Shown: positions 10,946 to 26,456 of the stretch, piece by piece
Layout: every line of letters begins with the position of its first letter
Position numbering within the stretch: position 1 is the first letter of the stretch
Assembly: GCF_009914755.1 (NCBI RefSeq)
Contig: NC_060925.1
Direction: 5' to 3' (one strand)
DNA length: 64,000 nucleotides
Origin: the human T2T-CHM13v2.0 reference genome, Homo sapiens
The notes under the pieces: model-generated
What the model saw: the letters and a program-made list of their open reading frames with translations, nothing else
What the model was told of the DNA's origin: nothing
Databases searched by the model: none
Translations under genes and position numbers: made by a program

Positions 10946-13297
10946 AATTGTAATTAGTTTTAAAATTAGCAGCTTTACTGAAGTATAATCCTTGCATAAT
11001 AAATTGCATGTGTGTAAAGTAAGTTTTGATATTTTTATCCCCTCTTGAAACTACTGCCACAATTAAGATGACAAATATTTCCATCACTTCCAAAATTTCC
11101 TTACGACCTTTTGTAATCTCTCCCTCCTGTCCTTTTCTGCCCCCATATCCCCTGGCAACCACTGTTATGCTGTCATTATAAATTAGTTTGCTTCTTCTAG
11201 AGTTTTATATAAATGAATGTGTATACATCCCCCGCCCCCACACACACACATGTAGTTTCTGTCACTCAGCATAATTAATTTGGGATTTATCCATGTTATT
11301 GTGTATATCAATATATCATTACTTTTTAATTACTGAGTAATATTTCACTGTTTGGATCTACAACAATTTGTTTACTACCATCCAAATGATGATAGACATT
11401 TGAATTGTTTCTGTTTCTTAGGTATTATAAATAAAGCTGCTTTGATCATTTGCGTGCAGGTCTCTGTGTGGACATATGCTTTCATTTCTCTTTCATAATT
11501 ACTTAGGAATGGAATTGGTTGGGCTCTATGGTGGGTGTCTGTTTAACTTTTTAAGAAACTGCCAAACTGTTTTCTAAACTGGTTGTCCCATTTTCATTTT
11601 CACTAGCAGTGTGTGGCATGTTCCAGTTGTTCCACATGCTCATGAGCTTAGTGTGATCAATCACTTTCATATTAGACATTATATCAGGTGTTTTATGTTT
11701 TCAGTTTTATTTCCCTAATGACTAATGATGTTGAGCATCTTTTCCTGTGCTTATTTGCCATTCATGTATCTTCCTAGATGAAGTATTGTTCAAATCTTTT
11801 GCCCATATTTGTATCGGGTTTTTTCATATTTATTGTATAGAGAGTTTTTATATATTATGAATATGTCCTTTATCATATATATTATTTGAAAATATTTTCT
11901 TTAAGTGTGTGACCTATCATTTCATTCTCTCCATAGCATCTTTCAAAGTATCAAAGTTTTTAAATTTTAATGAAGTCTAGTTTATCAATTTTTTTCTTTT
12001 ATGGATAGTGCTTTTGGTGTCATATTTAAGAAATCTTGGCCTAATGCAAGGTTACAATTATTGTCTCCTCTGTTTTCTTTTAGAAGTTTCACAATTTTAG
12101 GTTTCAGGGTTTAGGACTATGGTTTTTGAGTTAATTTTTGTTTGTAGTGTGAGATAAGGGTTTGAAGGGTTGAAGTGCTTTGTGTGGTGGTGGTAGTGGT
12201 GCTATGGATATCCAATCTTTCCACCTCTGTTCAAACACTTCTGCAACTTTGCTGAAAAATAATTGATCACATATGTGCAGGCTTATTTCTGGGCTCTCTA
12301 TTGTATTCCATTGATCTTTTTGCATATATTTATGCCAATATAACACTGTTTTGATAAATATAACTTGAAATCAGGTAGTGTTAGCAATCCAACTTTGTTT
12401 TTTTCAAGGTTGTTTTGCCTCTGTACATTTCCATATGAATTTTAGAATTAGCTTGTCAGTTTCCACCAAATTTTTTTTGAAAATCTGTTGACATTTTGAC
12501 TGGCATTGCATTGAATTATATATCAATTTGAAGAGAGTTGGTATTTTAACAATATTGTGTCTTCCAACAAATGAACACAGTATTTTTCTCCATTTGCTTA
12601 TGTCTTCTTTAATTTCTCTCAGCAATGTTGTGTAGTTTTCACTGTGAAGATCTTGCACCTTTTTGCCAGTTGCATCCCTAATATTTCATGTTTTGGATGC
12701 TATTTTAAGTGGTATTGCTTTTTTAATTTGAATTTTCAATTATCTTAACATATACAAATACAATTGATTTTTTATATCGATGTTATATGCCACAACCTTG
12801 CTAAACTCACTTATTACTTCTAGTAGCTTTTTAGTAGATTACACCACATTTTGTAACATAGACAATTATGTCTTGTGAATAAAGACAGTTTTAATTCTTC
12901 CTTCCCAGTCTGAATGCCTTGTATTTCTTTCTCCTTTATTACACTGAGTAGAACCTTCAGTGAAAAGTTGAAAAAAGTGGTGAGCTGGGTATGGTGGCTA
13001 ACACCTGTAATCCCAGTACTTTGGGAGGCCAAAGTGGGCAGATCACTTGAGATCAAGAGTTCGAGACTAGTCTGGCCAACATGTGAAACCCCATCTCTAC
13101 TAAAAATACCAAAAAAAAAAAAAAAAAAAAAAGAGAGAGAGAGAGAAATTAGCCAGGTGTGGTGTTACATGCCTGTAATCCCAGCTACTCAGGAGGCTGA
13201 GGCAGGAGAATCCCTTGAACTGGGGAAGCAGAGGTTGAAATGAGCCAAGATTGTGCCACTGCACTCCAGCCTGGGTGACAGTGAGACTCCGTCTCAA

Positions 13298-13328
<31 letters not shown>

Positions 13329-14711
13329 CAAAATAAGAAAAAGTAAAGAAAAAGTGAAAACAGGCATCTTTTTGTTCCTCATCTTTTTCATATCTATGTT
13401 CTTCTGTATATATGTGTCTTTTTTTCTGTATACTTTTAGATATTCTCTTTATCATTGGTGTCTTAAGCAATTTGGTTATGAGACTTGGTGTGGTTTCCTT
13501 CATGTTTCTTGTGCTTTGTGTTTGTTTGGTTTCTAAGATCTGTGCCTGGGCCTAGTTTTCATCAAGTTTGGAAAATTGTCAACCATTCGTTTTCAAATAC
13601 TTTTGGTCTCTCTCCCTTTGTCTTTGGGGACTCCAATTTTATGTGGATTTGACCACTTGATATTGTCCCATAATTCATTGATGATTGGTTCATTTTAAAA
13701 GTCATTTTCTCTGTGTTTCGTTTTTGATAGCTTCTATTGCTTTGCATTCGTGTTCACTAATCTTTTCTTTTAAAATGTTGAATCTGCTGTCAATTCCACC
13801 AATGCATTTTTCATTTCAGACAATGTAGCTTTCATCTCTAGCAGTTCAATGTGGATCTTTTTAAGAGTATCTTCCATGGCACAACTTAACATATCCAATC
13901 CTTCCTCTAGCTTCTTGAACATATAGAATATGGCCTTAATAACTCTCTCAATCTCCTTGTCCCATATTATTTGTATTGTTTCTCAGTCAGTTTCAATTAA
14001 CTGAATTTTCTTGCGTGGTCATATTTTTCTGCATCTTTGGATGCCTGGTAATTTTTGGTTGAATGACAGACATTGTGAATTTTACCTTGTTGGGTGCTGG
14101 CTGTTTTTGTATTTCTGTAAATATGCTTGATCTTTGCCCTGGGATGCTATTAAGTCACTAGAAATAGTTTGATCCTTTTAAGTCTTGCCTTTAAGTTTTA
14201 TTAGGAACAGAGCCGCATTTAGACTGAGGGTATTTTTTCCCCTTTTACTGTGATAAGACCCTTTTTTATATTTTAAGACCCTTTTTTATGCTCCTGAATT
14301 GAGATTTTCATCTCTGGCAGGTGAAAAAGGCACTATATCCATCCCTGCATCGTCTCCAAGACTCATTCCCTCTAAACCTTCAAGGTTTGTTCCCCTGCCT
14401 CAGGTAGTTTCCTCATATGCAGGTGCTGATCAGGACTCTGCCAAACACTTGAAGGGAACCCTCTGCAGACCTCCAGAGTTCTCTTTTTTTGTAGCTCTCT
14501 CCTCTTCAGGACTGACCTTTGCACAGCCTAAAAGCCTTCTTCAGGCAGTGAGTGGAATGGCTTACCCATCTCTCAAGGATTACTGTCCCAATGACCAATG
14601 TCTTGTGTACCATTGCCTCATATATTTCATCTTTTTTATTAAATTATTGTTTTAGTTAGAAGAGTAAATATTGCCCCCATTACTCCATCTTGACTGGAAG
14701 TAGAAGTTCCA
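10946..14711 (-). mobile_element. Ancient L1M (L1MC/MD-class) with both ends and an internal ORF1-ORF2 deletion
   Basis: Minus-strand ORF2 remnants (YTTLLREIKEDISKWRKI; KEKEIQGIQTGKEELKLSLF), ORF1-like sequence after ~13385, and an L1M 5' end (acttctacttccagtcaagatgg) at ~14700. Confidence 0.8.
12983..13330 (+). mobile_element. Alu (S/J-type) with expanded central A/(GA)n linker and (AAT)n tail
   Basis: Dimeric Alu consensus; inserted in the L1. Confidence 0.95.
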
Positions 14712-14761
14712 TTTAATTTATATAGCCACAGGTTCCTAGTGGCTAGCACTGGACAGGGCAG
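14712..14761 (+). mobile_element. MER3, 3' part
   Basis: ATAGCCACAGGTTCCTAGTGGCTAGCACTGGACAGGGCAG followed by TSD AGTTAGAT 14762-14769. Confidence 0.8.
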
Positions 14762-14809
14762 AGTTAGATTATAATGCAGACTCCAGAAAGGGATAACATG
14801 TAGTCTTAA

Positions 14810-14983
14810 GGCTATGTTGTGGAGGGGGCTGCCCCTATACATTGTAGGATGTTTCTCAGCATCCCCACCTTCTACCAATGATATGCCAGCATTACCCCTC
14901 TCCAGCCTTGACAATCAAAAATGTCTCCAGACATTGCCAAATGTTCCCTGAGGGGAAAAATTTTCCTCAATTGAGAACCACAG
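14810..14983 (-). mobile_element. MER20 DNA transposon (partial)
   Basis: cattgtaggatgtt...aaaaatgtctccagacattgccaaatgttccctg...ttgagaaccac. Confidence 0.8.
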
Positions 14984-16733
14984 GCTAACTCTTACCTGAG
15001 TAATGTGTGACAGGGTTGCTTCTGGGCATCAGAAAGAAGTTTACATATTTGTACTGGTTATTTCTTCTTAAAACTCTTTAAAGATCATGGAATTTTAAAT
15101 ATTCCAATTTGAAGCTTCTGCTTTCTTTCTTTATATATCATAGAAGAGAAGGGCAGAGAAGAAGAGAGGTAAAATATTAACATTTTGGAGAATCTGGGCA
15201 AAAAGCATACGGGATTTTTGTACTATTCTTGCAACTTTTCTGTAAATCTGAAAATTTTTTAATTAAAAAAAAGCCAGTTTATTAATTGAGAAAGAAAATT
15301 TTTCTTCCTTTAGGAAAGAAGCAACTCCTAACCCAAATTTGGAGACCAGGGGGAATTAAGCATGACATTGCAATGGCAAGTCTCAAGTTAAGAACACTTG
15401 GGTTTGACCTTGCTTTTGTTTCTTAAATAGTAGAATAATATTGAATAAATAAATCTCTTAATTTCTCTCTGCGTCAGTTCTCTTAAATATAAAATATAGA
15501 GTTGTTGTGAGGAATCAAAAGGAAACAGTTATAAATTACAGAGTGAAACAGCAGTGATAAACTATATATATTGCAAACTTTTTTTCAAGTAAGTAAACAG
15601 AAGCTCAGAGAAGTGAATACTTAAAAATGACATGAGAAAGTGGCAAACCTGAAGTTTGAACCTGGCTCTTCTGACTCCAAGATAACTCTTTTTTCTTCAT
15701 ACAATTTTTGTTTTATAACTATCCTCACTCAGTCCCATAAACTGGAATGAGTTTGGTTTTAAGGAGTCTTGAGGCAGGCTTATTTCAAGGCTGGATCCTG
15801 GTTCTTGTGTCGTTGCTGCAAGAGGAGGAAAAGGATAATTGAGACACATATGTCAGGTCTTCTCATTTCAAATTTGTTGACCTAAATGACTGTGATAAAT
15901 GCTACCTTGAGAATTTTAAACAAATGTCATGCTGGACTCCTCTCCTCAAATTCATTTATTCCTTCTAAAGTCTCCCAGCCTTGACCCACAAAATTCTTAG
16001 ATCTCTGATGTGGACCCTTGTTCAGATCTCTGTTATTCTGTATATTATGGGTCAATATGATTTTGGCATGACAATCACCAAGGCCTAGATTCTACTTGAA
16101 CACATTCTGAAATGGAAGAGTAAGTGAACCTTATATTTAATTTTATATTCAGAGTCTTCAATAGTAATAACCAATAAATAAGAAAAGCACAAACAGAAAA
16201 ATACCAGAGAAAAATGTCCAAAACATGAGCAAACATTTCACAGAAGAGGAAATATATATGGCCAATTAACATATGAAGAGGTGTGTAGTACCATTAGTGA
16301 CCAAGAAAATGCAAGTAAAGATTATAATGACGTACCCATTCACTTGGCAAAAAATTTAAAATGCGGCAATTCTAATCATTAGTGAGATATGGATAGGATA
16401 TAATGCTAGTAGGAATATTAACTGATAGGGCAGCTTTGCAGAAGGGTTTGGTATTTTTTCTAGTGTTAAACAATCAAATATTTTATAAATTAACAATTCA
16501 ATTTCTGGATATATGTATCAGTCAGTGCTGTCCAACAGAAATAAAATCTGAGCCGCATATGTAATTTTCAGTTTTCTAGTGGTCATATTTAAATAGGTAA
16601 AATAAATTTTAATAATATATTTTATTTAACTCATTATATCACTTAAACATGTAATCAACATGACATCATCAATGAAATATTTTACATTTTTGTGCTAAAT
16701 TTCCTAAATCTGTTGTGTACTTTACACTTATAG

Positions 16734-16942
16734 TAGGGGGGTTCAAACTTTCAGCTTCTCTGGGCCACATTGGAAGAAGAATTGTCTTTGGCCACAGATG
16801 AAATACACTACCACTAACAATAGCTGATGAGAAAAAAAAAAATCTCATAATGTTTTAAGAAACTTCAGGAATTTGTGTTGGGCCACAGTCAAAGCCATCC
16901 TGGGCTGCATGGAACCCGTGAGCCACAGGTTGGACAAGCTTG
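16734..16942 (+). mobile_element. MER30 (hAT-Charlie MITE)
   Basis: gggccacattggaagaagaattgtc...ggttggacaagcttg; 8-bp TSD ACTTATAG/ACTTACAG. Confidence 0.85.
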
Positions 16943-17489
16943 ACTTACAGGATCTCTCATTTTGGACATAAAATTTTCATTGGGCATATTTAATCTGCAT
17001 TTGTATTTCCTAAAATCTACAGTTCAAAAGGTAGGATCACATACCCAAATAATTCCAAACATATTTAAAAGTTTTCCGATAACTGAATTATGTAAGAAAT
17101 TATTTTCTTGTAATATTTACATCCACATTGACAACTGATTTGTCTTGATTCAACTTGGAAGCAAAAGCATATTGATTTCAAAACTATGTCTGTTCAAGTT
17201 AAATCAATTTGCTAACACATGTCAATATTACCAACATTGAATTCAAAGGGGTTTTGCATAAATTGATAAGCAACAATAAGCTTATCAATTTCAATAAATC
17301 TGCAAATTTTCTTGAAGTTTATTCATGATAGAAAATGTATGAAATTATTATTGTATATTGTATTGCACTCTGAAAAGTTGCAATTTTAGCCTAAAATTTT
17401 GTTCCTCTTTAGCTAGGTCACAAGTCAGCTTTTCATTTCCTTGGAACTTCAAATTTAGCTGTTTCATATGCAGTGTGATATCAAAGTTA

Positions 17490-17879
<390 letters not shown>

Positions 17880-20800
17880 TCAGTAAAATCTTGAACAGTA
17901 CAGCAAATCTTTGTAAATCTTTTCCATTACTTAATCAACGTGCATTGGCAAAGAACACAGATTATTACATTCACTGTCTTCTATTTCTTTTAACAGTTCC
18001 ATTAACTGGGATTGATCCATAGCATTTGCAAATATATGCTGAACAATTCAACAGTAGTATCTGTAACACTTTTCAAGAGTCTGCTTCAGAAAACGGAACA
18101 TAGATACCATACAGTGGAATGAAGCAGTAAGAAAACACTGGTCTTTTTGTTTTAAAATTACAACAAATTCCAATTCTTAAAATTCAGATCTTTTTAAAAA
18201 CTAGCATTGCTGAAGCACCATCCATCTGGATAGAATTTAATTTTTGTATATCTAGCTAAAATTCTTTGACAGAGATAAAAGATTTGAAAATATCTAAACC
18301 ATGAATTTAGTTTTTCAAATTGTAAATAGACATTTCTTTATGAATTAGGAAGTCTTTTGAGATACAACATACCTCAGGCATTGATTAGGCAGTATCTTTA
18401 TGTTGTACTTTCATCTATAAATAAAGTTTTAATGGCTTTTACATTTTGAATCAGTTGGTCTTAGGTTTTGTTAGAAAGACCTTGTATTCTTCAGGCAATT
18501 GTTTGGTGGCTTGATAGGAAAATCTTTTACTTTTTGTGACATACCTCTCTAGTCTTTTCTGATAATATTCTAGCAAAACTTCTATAACTGAAACAACCAT
18601 ATGTCCATTGAAAAATTGTTTTTTTGTCTATGTAAAGATCCAAGCCATTTATAGCTAAGCAAAATTATAAGCTCAGATTCTGTTTTAAATCATATTATCT
18701 TTACCTTTTTTTACACAACAAACAGCATTTTTTTCTCTTGCTATGTTCCAACAAATTGCAATTGCTATTCATCATGAAATTTCCAACATACCTTCTTTCG
18801 GTCCCTTTTTTCTTTATTGTGTGTTACTAGTTTCTGCATCTCCTCTCAATTCTGCTCTTTTTAGATTTTAAAATTTTTCTATGCTTATTTTTAACTAAAA
18901 ATATTTAATTATATAATAATTAAGATAATAACAAAAATGTCAATTTAATTTCCAATTACAATATACAAAGGGATCCTCATAACTCCTGCTGTCCATAAGC
19001 GTTCAACAAACATATTACAGTGTTACCTGGGTGAATAGGAAAAAATTAATTTGAACTGAATCAATCTCTGACACAAATCAAACGGGGGATGTACTACCAG
19101 AGAGGACACATGAACCTGCCATGAGAACTTCAACAATAGTACCCTATAGGATGGAACAGTTCAAGTAAAATGTAGGCAAAACAAAACAATGGAATTGTGT
19201 TTAACATAAACATATTTTATACCACTTCAAGTTTTTACATTGAAACTAAATTAAATTTAAAACTTAGTTCCTCAATCAAACTTCAAATGCTCAGTGGACA
19301 CATGGTACTAGCTGCTACCATATTGAAAAGCACAGTTATGTACCCAAAATAAATTCTTGCATCAGGGGAAATGTTATATGAACATAAGATTGAGGTTGAT
19401 GATTAACTCAGGTGGGGAGAGCATGAATGGGGAGCTCTGAATCATATAGATAGACATGATTATTATTAAGATTCCAGATTTTATTTTACCTAGTAGGTTC
19501 ATGAGTATTTATTTCATTATTAAAAATAGCTACCTAAATAACTAAGATGGAGCCATCTGAATAGTTGATATATCCTTTTTGACAGTTTTTGTGCACATAC
19601 TCTATGTATCCACATGTATACATAACACAAGAATATATACATATATTCACATGCACTAAAGAATGTACATATATATGGGAGCATACACAAAAATGTATAC
19701 ATATATTCAAAGCACACATACAAATAAGCTTTTATTGAACAAATGGGATCATAGTATTCTCTTTTTTGTGGATTTCAGATGCACAGATTTGGGATGAATT
19801 ATAAACTTTGGTACGTGACACACTCTTATCATTGATCTGTGTTTGGCCATGTTAGATTCATGTTAGAATTTTGACTAAATTTTTTTAAATCCATGTATTT
19901 AAGATGTATGTGCATATATATTCAAATCATGAGAATTCAATTTTTTTTCCCCATTTGCTTAGTCTTTCTCACTCCCTTTTTCAGATGAAAAATGTCTTTT
20001 TCCCCCTATTTCATTTTATCCTGGGATGGGAGAAGGAACTGATGTTCCCACATGACAGATGCATGTAGTAAGTTCCTTTTCAACAGGAAGCAGTTTATTT
20101 CCCTACCACCACCATGCCCCCGAGCCCCTCAGTGGAGAACTACTGCAGTAGAAAGTTCCCAGTGATGAAGTTTAGCAAGGACTTTCAAAGCAAGCCATTT
20201 CTTATTAATGCCACTTCTTTTCTTGCACATGTGTCTTCACCATATTCCTCTGCCTTTGTGTTCAGTGTGTTGTTTCATTTTGAAGCAAAGGCATAAAAAA
20301 AATTTTGGAACTAACATTCCTTTCATAATTAGTAATGTGATGCTTTTTTTTCTTGGTAATGAATGTTGTAAGGTTTTGAACTAACTAAAATAATTACTTT
20401 TGAAATAGCCCTCTCTGAAACCTAACTGTATACCTGTTAAGCTATGTATTATGTTAAAGAAATTACTATTTTTGCTCATGTGAATTAGAGGATTAGAAAG
20501 TGAATGACAGAAGTAAAATATTAAGGTAGACTTAGAAATTATTATGGTATTGCTAGAGTTTCAAAACTCTGACTTTATTGTAGAATTAAAAGAACTTGTA
20601 TAAAACATTGTAGAAAAGAGAACTTTTCATATAACAATAATAAAACAATGGCTACTATTACTTAGCTCATTAAAAAAAGTCCAACCGTGCATACATGTAC
20701 AGCAATCTACAGATCAGTCAGGTCTCCATCTCCTTGGGAAGCAGTCACATCTAGAAATGAATAAAAAACCTCACAGGGTACTTGATTGTTTGCCTGGAAG

Positions 20801-21399
20801 CCTGGTCTGGCTTCTCATGAAAAAAAGGAATGGGAAACCGATTGAAGTAACTATGTGCATGATCACTGACTTCAGCATTTGTTTATTTACTCCTAAGCCT
20901 GTCCTCTTGTAGTATAGAGCATAAATAATTATCAAGCCTCAGATGTATCTTCTTTGAAAACAATGAGGGGATTTTATTTAGCTTGCTAGGTAGTTTCTGG
21001 GTGATCTCTCCATCAGGCCCAGTCTTGTCTGTTCTGTCCACTCTTCCCTGTCCCCACAGCCTCACTGCCCTCACCCTACCTGAATGCAGTGATGTGTGTG
21101 ATGGTTCCTGGAATGCTCTTCTTCCCAAAAAAACAGCAATGTGGAAAGGGGTGGGAGGGGGCGTGGCAGTGATCATGATGGTAAGATGTTGTATCCTAAA
21201 AGCCAGGGAAACTATTAGCTCCCAAGACATTGTAAGTGGCTAATTATTAAATATCTCTTAACAGTCTGTCAGAAAATGAAAAGAAAGAAACAAACTGAGC
21301 CAATAATTCAAACCTGAAAAGTGACCTTTCTAGCCAGGATCTGATGTTGTAAACCGTTTTCCAGATACGTATGATAAGTTAGAGTGTGCTATGGTTCTT

Positions 21400-21553
21400 C
21401 TTTTCCTTCCTTCCTTCCTTCCCTCCCTCCGTCCCTCCTTCTGTCCCTCCCTCCCTCCCTCTCTCTCTTTCTCTCCTTCTCTCTTTCTTTCTCTTTCTTT
21501 CTCTCTCTTTGTTTTTCTTTCCTTCCTTCTTTCTTTTTCTTCTCTTTCTTTTT
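21400..21553. repeat. Polypyrimidine (CCTT/CT/TTTC)n tract at the 3' tail of an antisense L1
   Basis: Direct reading. Confidence 0.9.
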
Positions 21554-24500
21554 TAATGTGGTAAGAACATTTACTATGAGTTCTACACTCAACAGATTTT
21601 TTAAGTGTACGATACAGTATTATTATCTGTAGGCACAATGTTGTACAGCATATCGCTAAAACGTATCCATCTTCCAGGCAGAAATTTTATACCTGTTGAT
21701 TATCAACTCCCCCTTTCCCCCTTCCTTTAGACTCTGCCAACCACCATTCTATTCTTTGCTTCTATGAGTTTATTTTAGATACCTCATATAAGTGGAATCA
21801 TGCAATATTTGTCCTTCTTTGACTTGGTTATTTCACTTAGCACAATGTTCTCAAGGTTCATCCATTTTGTTGAAAATGTCAGGATTTCTTTCTTTTTTAA
21901 GGTTAAATAATATCTCATTGTATGTATATACAGCATGTCTTTTTTGCGGTGGGTCTCCCTATGTTGCCTAGGCTGGTCTCAAATTCCTGGTTCAAGGGAT
22001 CCTCCCATTTCAGCCTCCCAAGTAGTTGGAATTATTGGCATGAGCCACCAAGCCCATCTAGTACATTTTATTTTTAAAATTCATTAATCTGTCAACGGAC
22101 ATTTCAGTTGTTTCCATATCTTGGTGAATAGCATTGCTGTGAATATGGGAGTACTAATATCTCTTTGAGTTCCTGATTTCAATTCCTTTGGATAAATACT
22201 CTGAAGTGGGATTGCTATATCACATAGTAGTTCTATCTTTAATTTCTTGAGGAATCTACAGTTCCATAGCAGCTTCCCCATTCTGCATTTCTACCATTTC
22301 TACCATAGTATACAAAGGTTATGATTTATTCACATCCTTGCCAACATTTGTCATTGTTGTTTTGGTAATAGTATCCTAAGAGGTATGAGATGATATCTCA
22401 TTGTGGCATTGATTTGCATTTCCTTGATGATTGGTGATTTTGAACCTCTTTTCATATATATACATATTGGCTATTTGTGTGTCTTCTTTTCAGAGATATC
22501 TATTATGTCCTTCGACCATTTTTTCAATTGAGTTATTAGTTTTTTTGCTATAGAATTGTAAGCATTCCTTATATATTTTAGAAAGTAACCTCTTATCAGA
22601 TATATAGTTTGCAAGTATTTTCTCTCATTCCATAGGTTTCCTTTTTACTCTATTGAATATTTCCCTGGCTGTATAGAAGCTTTTTAGTTTTATTTAGCCC
22701 TGCTTGTTTATTTTTGCTTTTGTTGCCTATGCTTTTGGTGTCATATCCATGAAACTATTGCCAAAACTAATGTCTTGAAGCTTTCCCTCTGTGATTTCTT
22801 CTAGAAATTTTACAGTTTCAAGTCTTATGTTTAAGTCTTTAATCCATCTTGAGTTGATATTTTGTGTATGGTAAAAGATAATCCAGTTTTATTCTTTTGC
22901 ATGTGGATATCCAGTTTTCCCAACACCATTAGTTGAAGAGACTCATCTTTCTCCATTTTGTGTTCTTGGCATTCCAGTCAAAGATCATTTGACCACATAT
23001 CCATGGATGTATTTCTGGGCTCTCTCTTCTGTTCCATTGATCTATATGTCAGTCTTTATGCCATTGCCATACTGTTTAAATTACTGTTACTTTGTAATAT
23101 ATTTTGAAATCAGGAAGTGTGTTGCCTCCAACACTGTTCTTTTTCAAATTGTTTTGGCTATTCAAGATCTTTTCTGGTTCAATATGAATATTAGAATTTT
23201 TTTTCTATTTCTATAAAAATATCATTAGGATTTTGATGGGGATTGCATTGAATCTGTGGATTGCTTTGGGTCATATGGAAATTATAACAATATTAAATCT
23301 TCCATCCATGAACTTGAGATGTCTTTGCATTTGTTTGTGTCTTCTTTAATTACTTTCATCAATGTTTCATAGTTTTTAGTATGTATGTCTTTCACTTCCT
23401 TAGTTAAGACTATTCCTAAGTATGACGTTATTGTAAATGGGATTGTTTTCCTAATTTCCTTTGCAGATAGTTCATTATCATTGTATAGAAATGCAACTGA
23501 TTTTTCTATGTTGATTTTTGTATCCTGCAACTTTGCTGAATTTGTTTATTCATTCTCACAGGTTTTTTTGTGGAATCTTTAGGGTTTTCTCTATATAAGA
23601 TCATATCATCTGTAAATGTAAGGACAGTTTTACTTTTTCCTTTTCAATTTGGAGGCTATTTATTTCTTTGTCTTGCCTAATTGCTCTGGCTAGGATTTCC
23701 AGTCCTGTGTTGAATAGAAGTGGCAAGAATGGGCATCCTTGCCTCGTTCCTGATCTTAATGGAAAAGTTTTCAGTTTTTCACCTTTGAGTATGATGTTAG
23801 CTATGGTCTTTTCATAGATAGCCTTTATTAGGTTAAGGTAATTTCCCTCTATCCCTACTTTGTTGAGATTTTTTTTTTATCATGAAAGGATTTTGAATTT
23901 TATCAAACACTTTTTTTATCTTAGACGATCGTGTGATTTTTATCCTTCATTCTGTAAATGTGATATGTCACATTAATTGATTTTCGTATGTTGAACCGTC
24001 CTAGGAATAAATCCCACTAGGTCATGGTGAATGATCTTTTTAACATACTGTTGAATTCGGTTTGCTGGTATTTTGTTGAGGATTTTTACATCTATGTTCA
24101 ATCAGGGATATTGGCCTATAATTTTCTTTTCTTGTGTGTCTTTATCTGGCTTGGTATGAGGGTAATACTGACCTCATAAAAAAAGTTCAGAAATGTTCCC
24201 TCCTCTTCAATTATTTGGAAAAGTTTGAGGATTGGCATTAATTCTTCCTTAAATGTTTGGTAAAATTCTCCATGAAGCCATCTAATCCTGGGCTTTTCTT
24301 GTATGGAAGATTTTATACTACTGATTTAATCTCCTTACAAGACAGGTCTGCTTGGATTTTCTATTTCTTCATAATTCAGTCTGGTGGGTTGTATGCTTCT
24401 AGGGACCTATTTCTTCTAGACTATCCAGTTGGTAGACCTGTAACTATTTATGGTAGTCTGTATGACCTTTTTTACTTCTGTAGCATCAGTTGTAATGTCT

Positions 24501-25120
24501 TTTTCATTTCTGCTTTTATTTATTTGAGTCTTCACTCTCTTTTCTCTTAGCCTAGCTAAAGGTTTGTCAGTTTTGTTTATCTTTTCAAAAGCCCAAGTCT
24601 GAGTTGATTTTATCTTACTGTTTTTCTATTCTCTATTTTACTCCTTTGTCCAATTTCTTAAGGTAGAAAGTTAGGTTGTTTTATATCTTTCTTTTTTTAA
24701 TGTAGGTATTTGTGACTATAAACTTCCCTCTTAATACTGCTTCTGTTTCATTTCATAAGTTTTGATATGTTGTGTTTTTGTTTTTATTTGTCTCAAGATA
24801 CTTTCCACTTTCACTTTTGATTTATTTGACCTATTGGTTATTCAAAAATGTGTTGTTTAATTTCTATGTATTTGTGAATTTTTCAGTTTTCCTGCTGCCA
24901 TTGATTTCTAGTTTCATTCAATCAAAAAAGATATTTGGTATAATTTCATTATTTTTATATTTGTTAAAAATTGTTTTGTAACCTAATATGTGATCTATCC
25001 TGGATAATGTTCCATGTATGCTTGAAAAGAAATGTATATTCTGCAGTTGTTAGGTTGAATGTTCCTTATATGTCTGTTAGGTTCACTTGGTCTACAGTGT
25101 TGTTCAAGTTCACTGTTTCT
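21554..25120 (-). mobile_element. L1MB/L1MA-class LINE-1, 5'-truncated
   Basis: 3' UTR gtggtaagaacattt...; minus-strand ORF2 remnants (KINIEKSVAFLY, LKKLKIELL). Confidence 0.85.
21940..22058 (-). mobile_element. FLAM/Alu monomer
   Basis: gggtctccctatgttgcctaggctggtctcaaattcctgg...catgagccacc. Confidence 0.8.
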
Positions 25121-25811
25121 TTGTTGAATGGTTTCTTGAATATTGATAATATACGGGAATTAATAGTGATACTTGTAAATGGCACTATTTTATTTTTCTT
25201 ACTGAAACTAAAATTCATTCCTTGATATGTTATAGTTATCTGTTCATTCTGATATATGGTCTCATGATAAATAAGTCTTTGATTATTCCCTTCAATTAAA
25301 TGATAATGGATTAAGAATTGAGTCTGTTTATTATTTTGAGTTATACTGATTTTTCCATTGCAAATAACTGCCTTGAAGTGTACATTTCAAGAGTAAAGTG
25401 TATAAAACTATACAGTCAGTTAAACATATTAAAACATCGTATTTTAAATATGAAAACAAAAGGAGTTTCAATCATTGCCAGCAGAATTCACAGACATTGA
25501 CTATATATCTTTTATACATTGTCAGCCCTCAAGGACTGCTGTTTCTTATATAGTTTCTTTCTTGCTATTGAGATCCCTACAGAAGGAAAACCAAGTTTCT
25601 CTAAGCAGTGAAGCCATACCCAAATCCTTTGGAACAGAGACCATTGTGCTGTGGCTCAGAGCAGGGAGGAAAAGTTCTTCAGGTAGTCTTTAGACTGTTG
25701 TGTTTAGTATTAATGATTAGGATAAGAAATGTTTATGTTTGTGTTTGGCATGAATTGTATCTGATAGTAAACAAAAAGTATTCATTGAGTCTGCTTGAAA
25801 GGAGTGTTCTT

Positions 25812-26456
<645 letters not shown>

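Noticed and set aside
21330-21638. K/E/R-rich and S/L/F-rich ORFs
   Set aside because: Translations of a simple purine/pyrimidine repeat.
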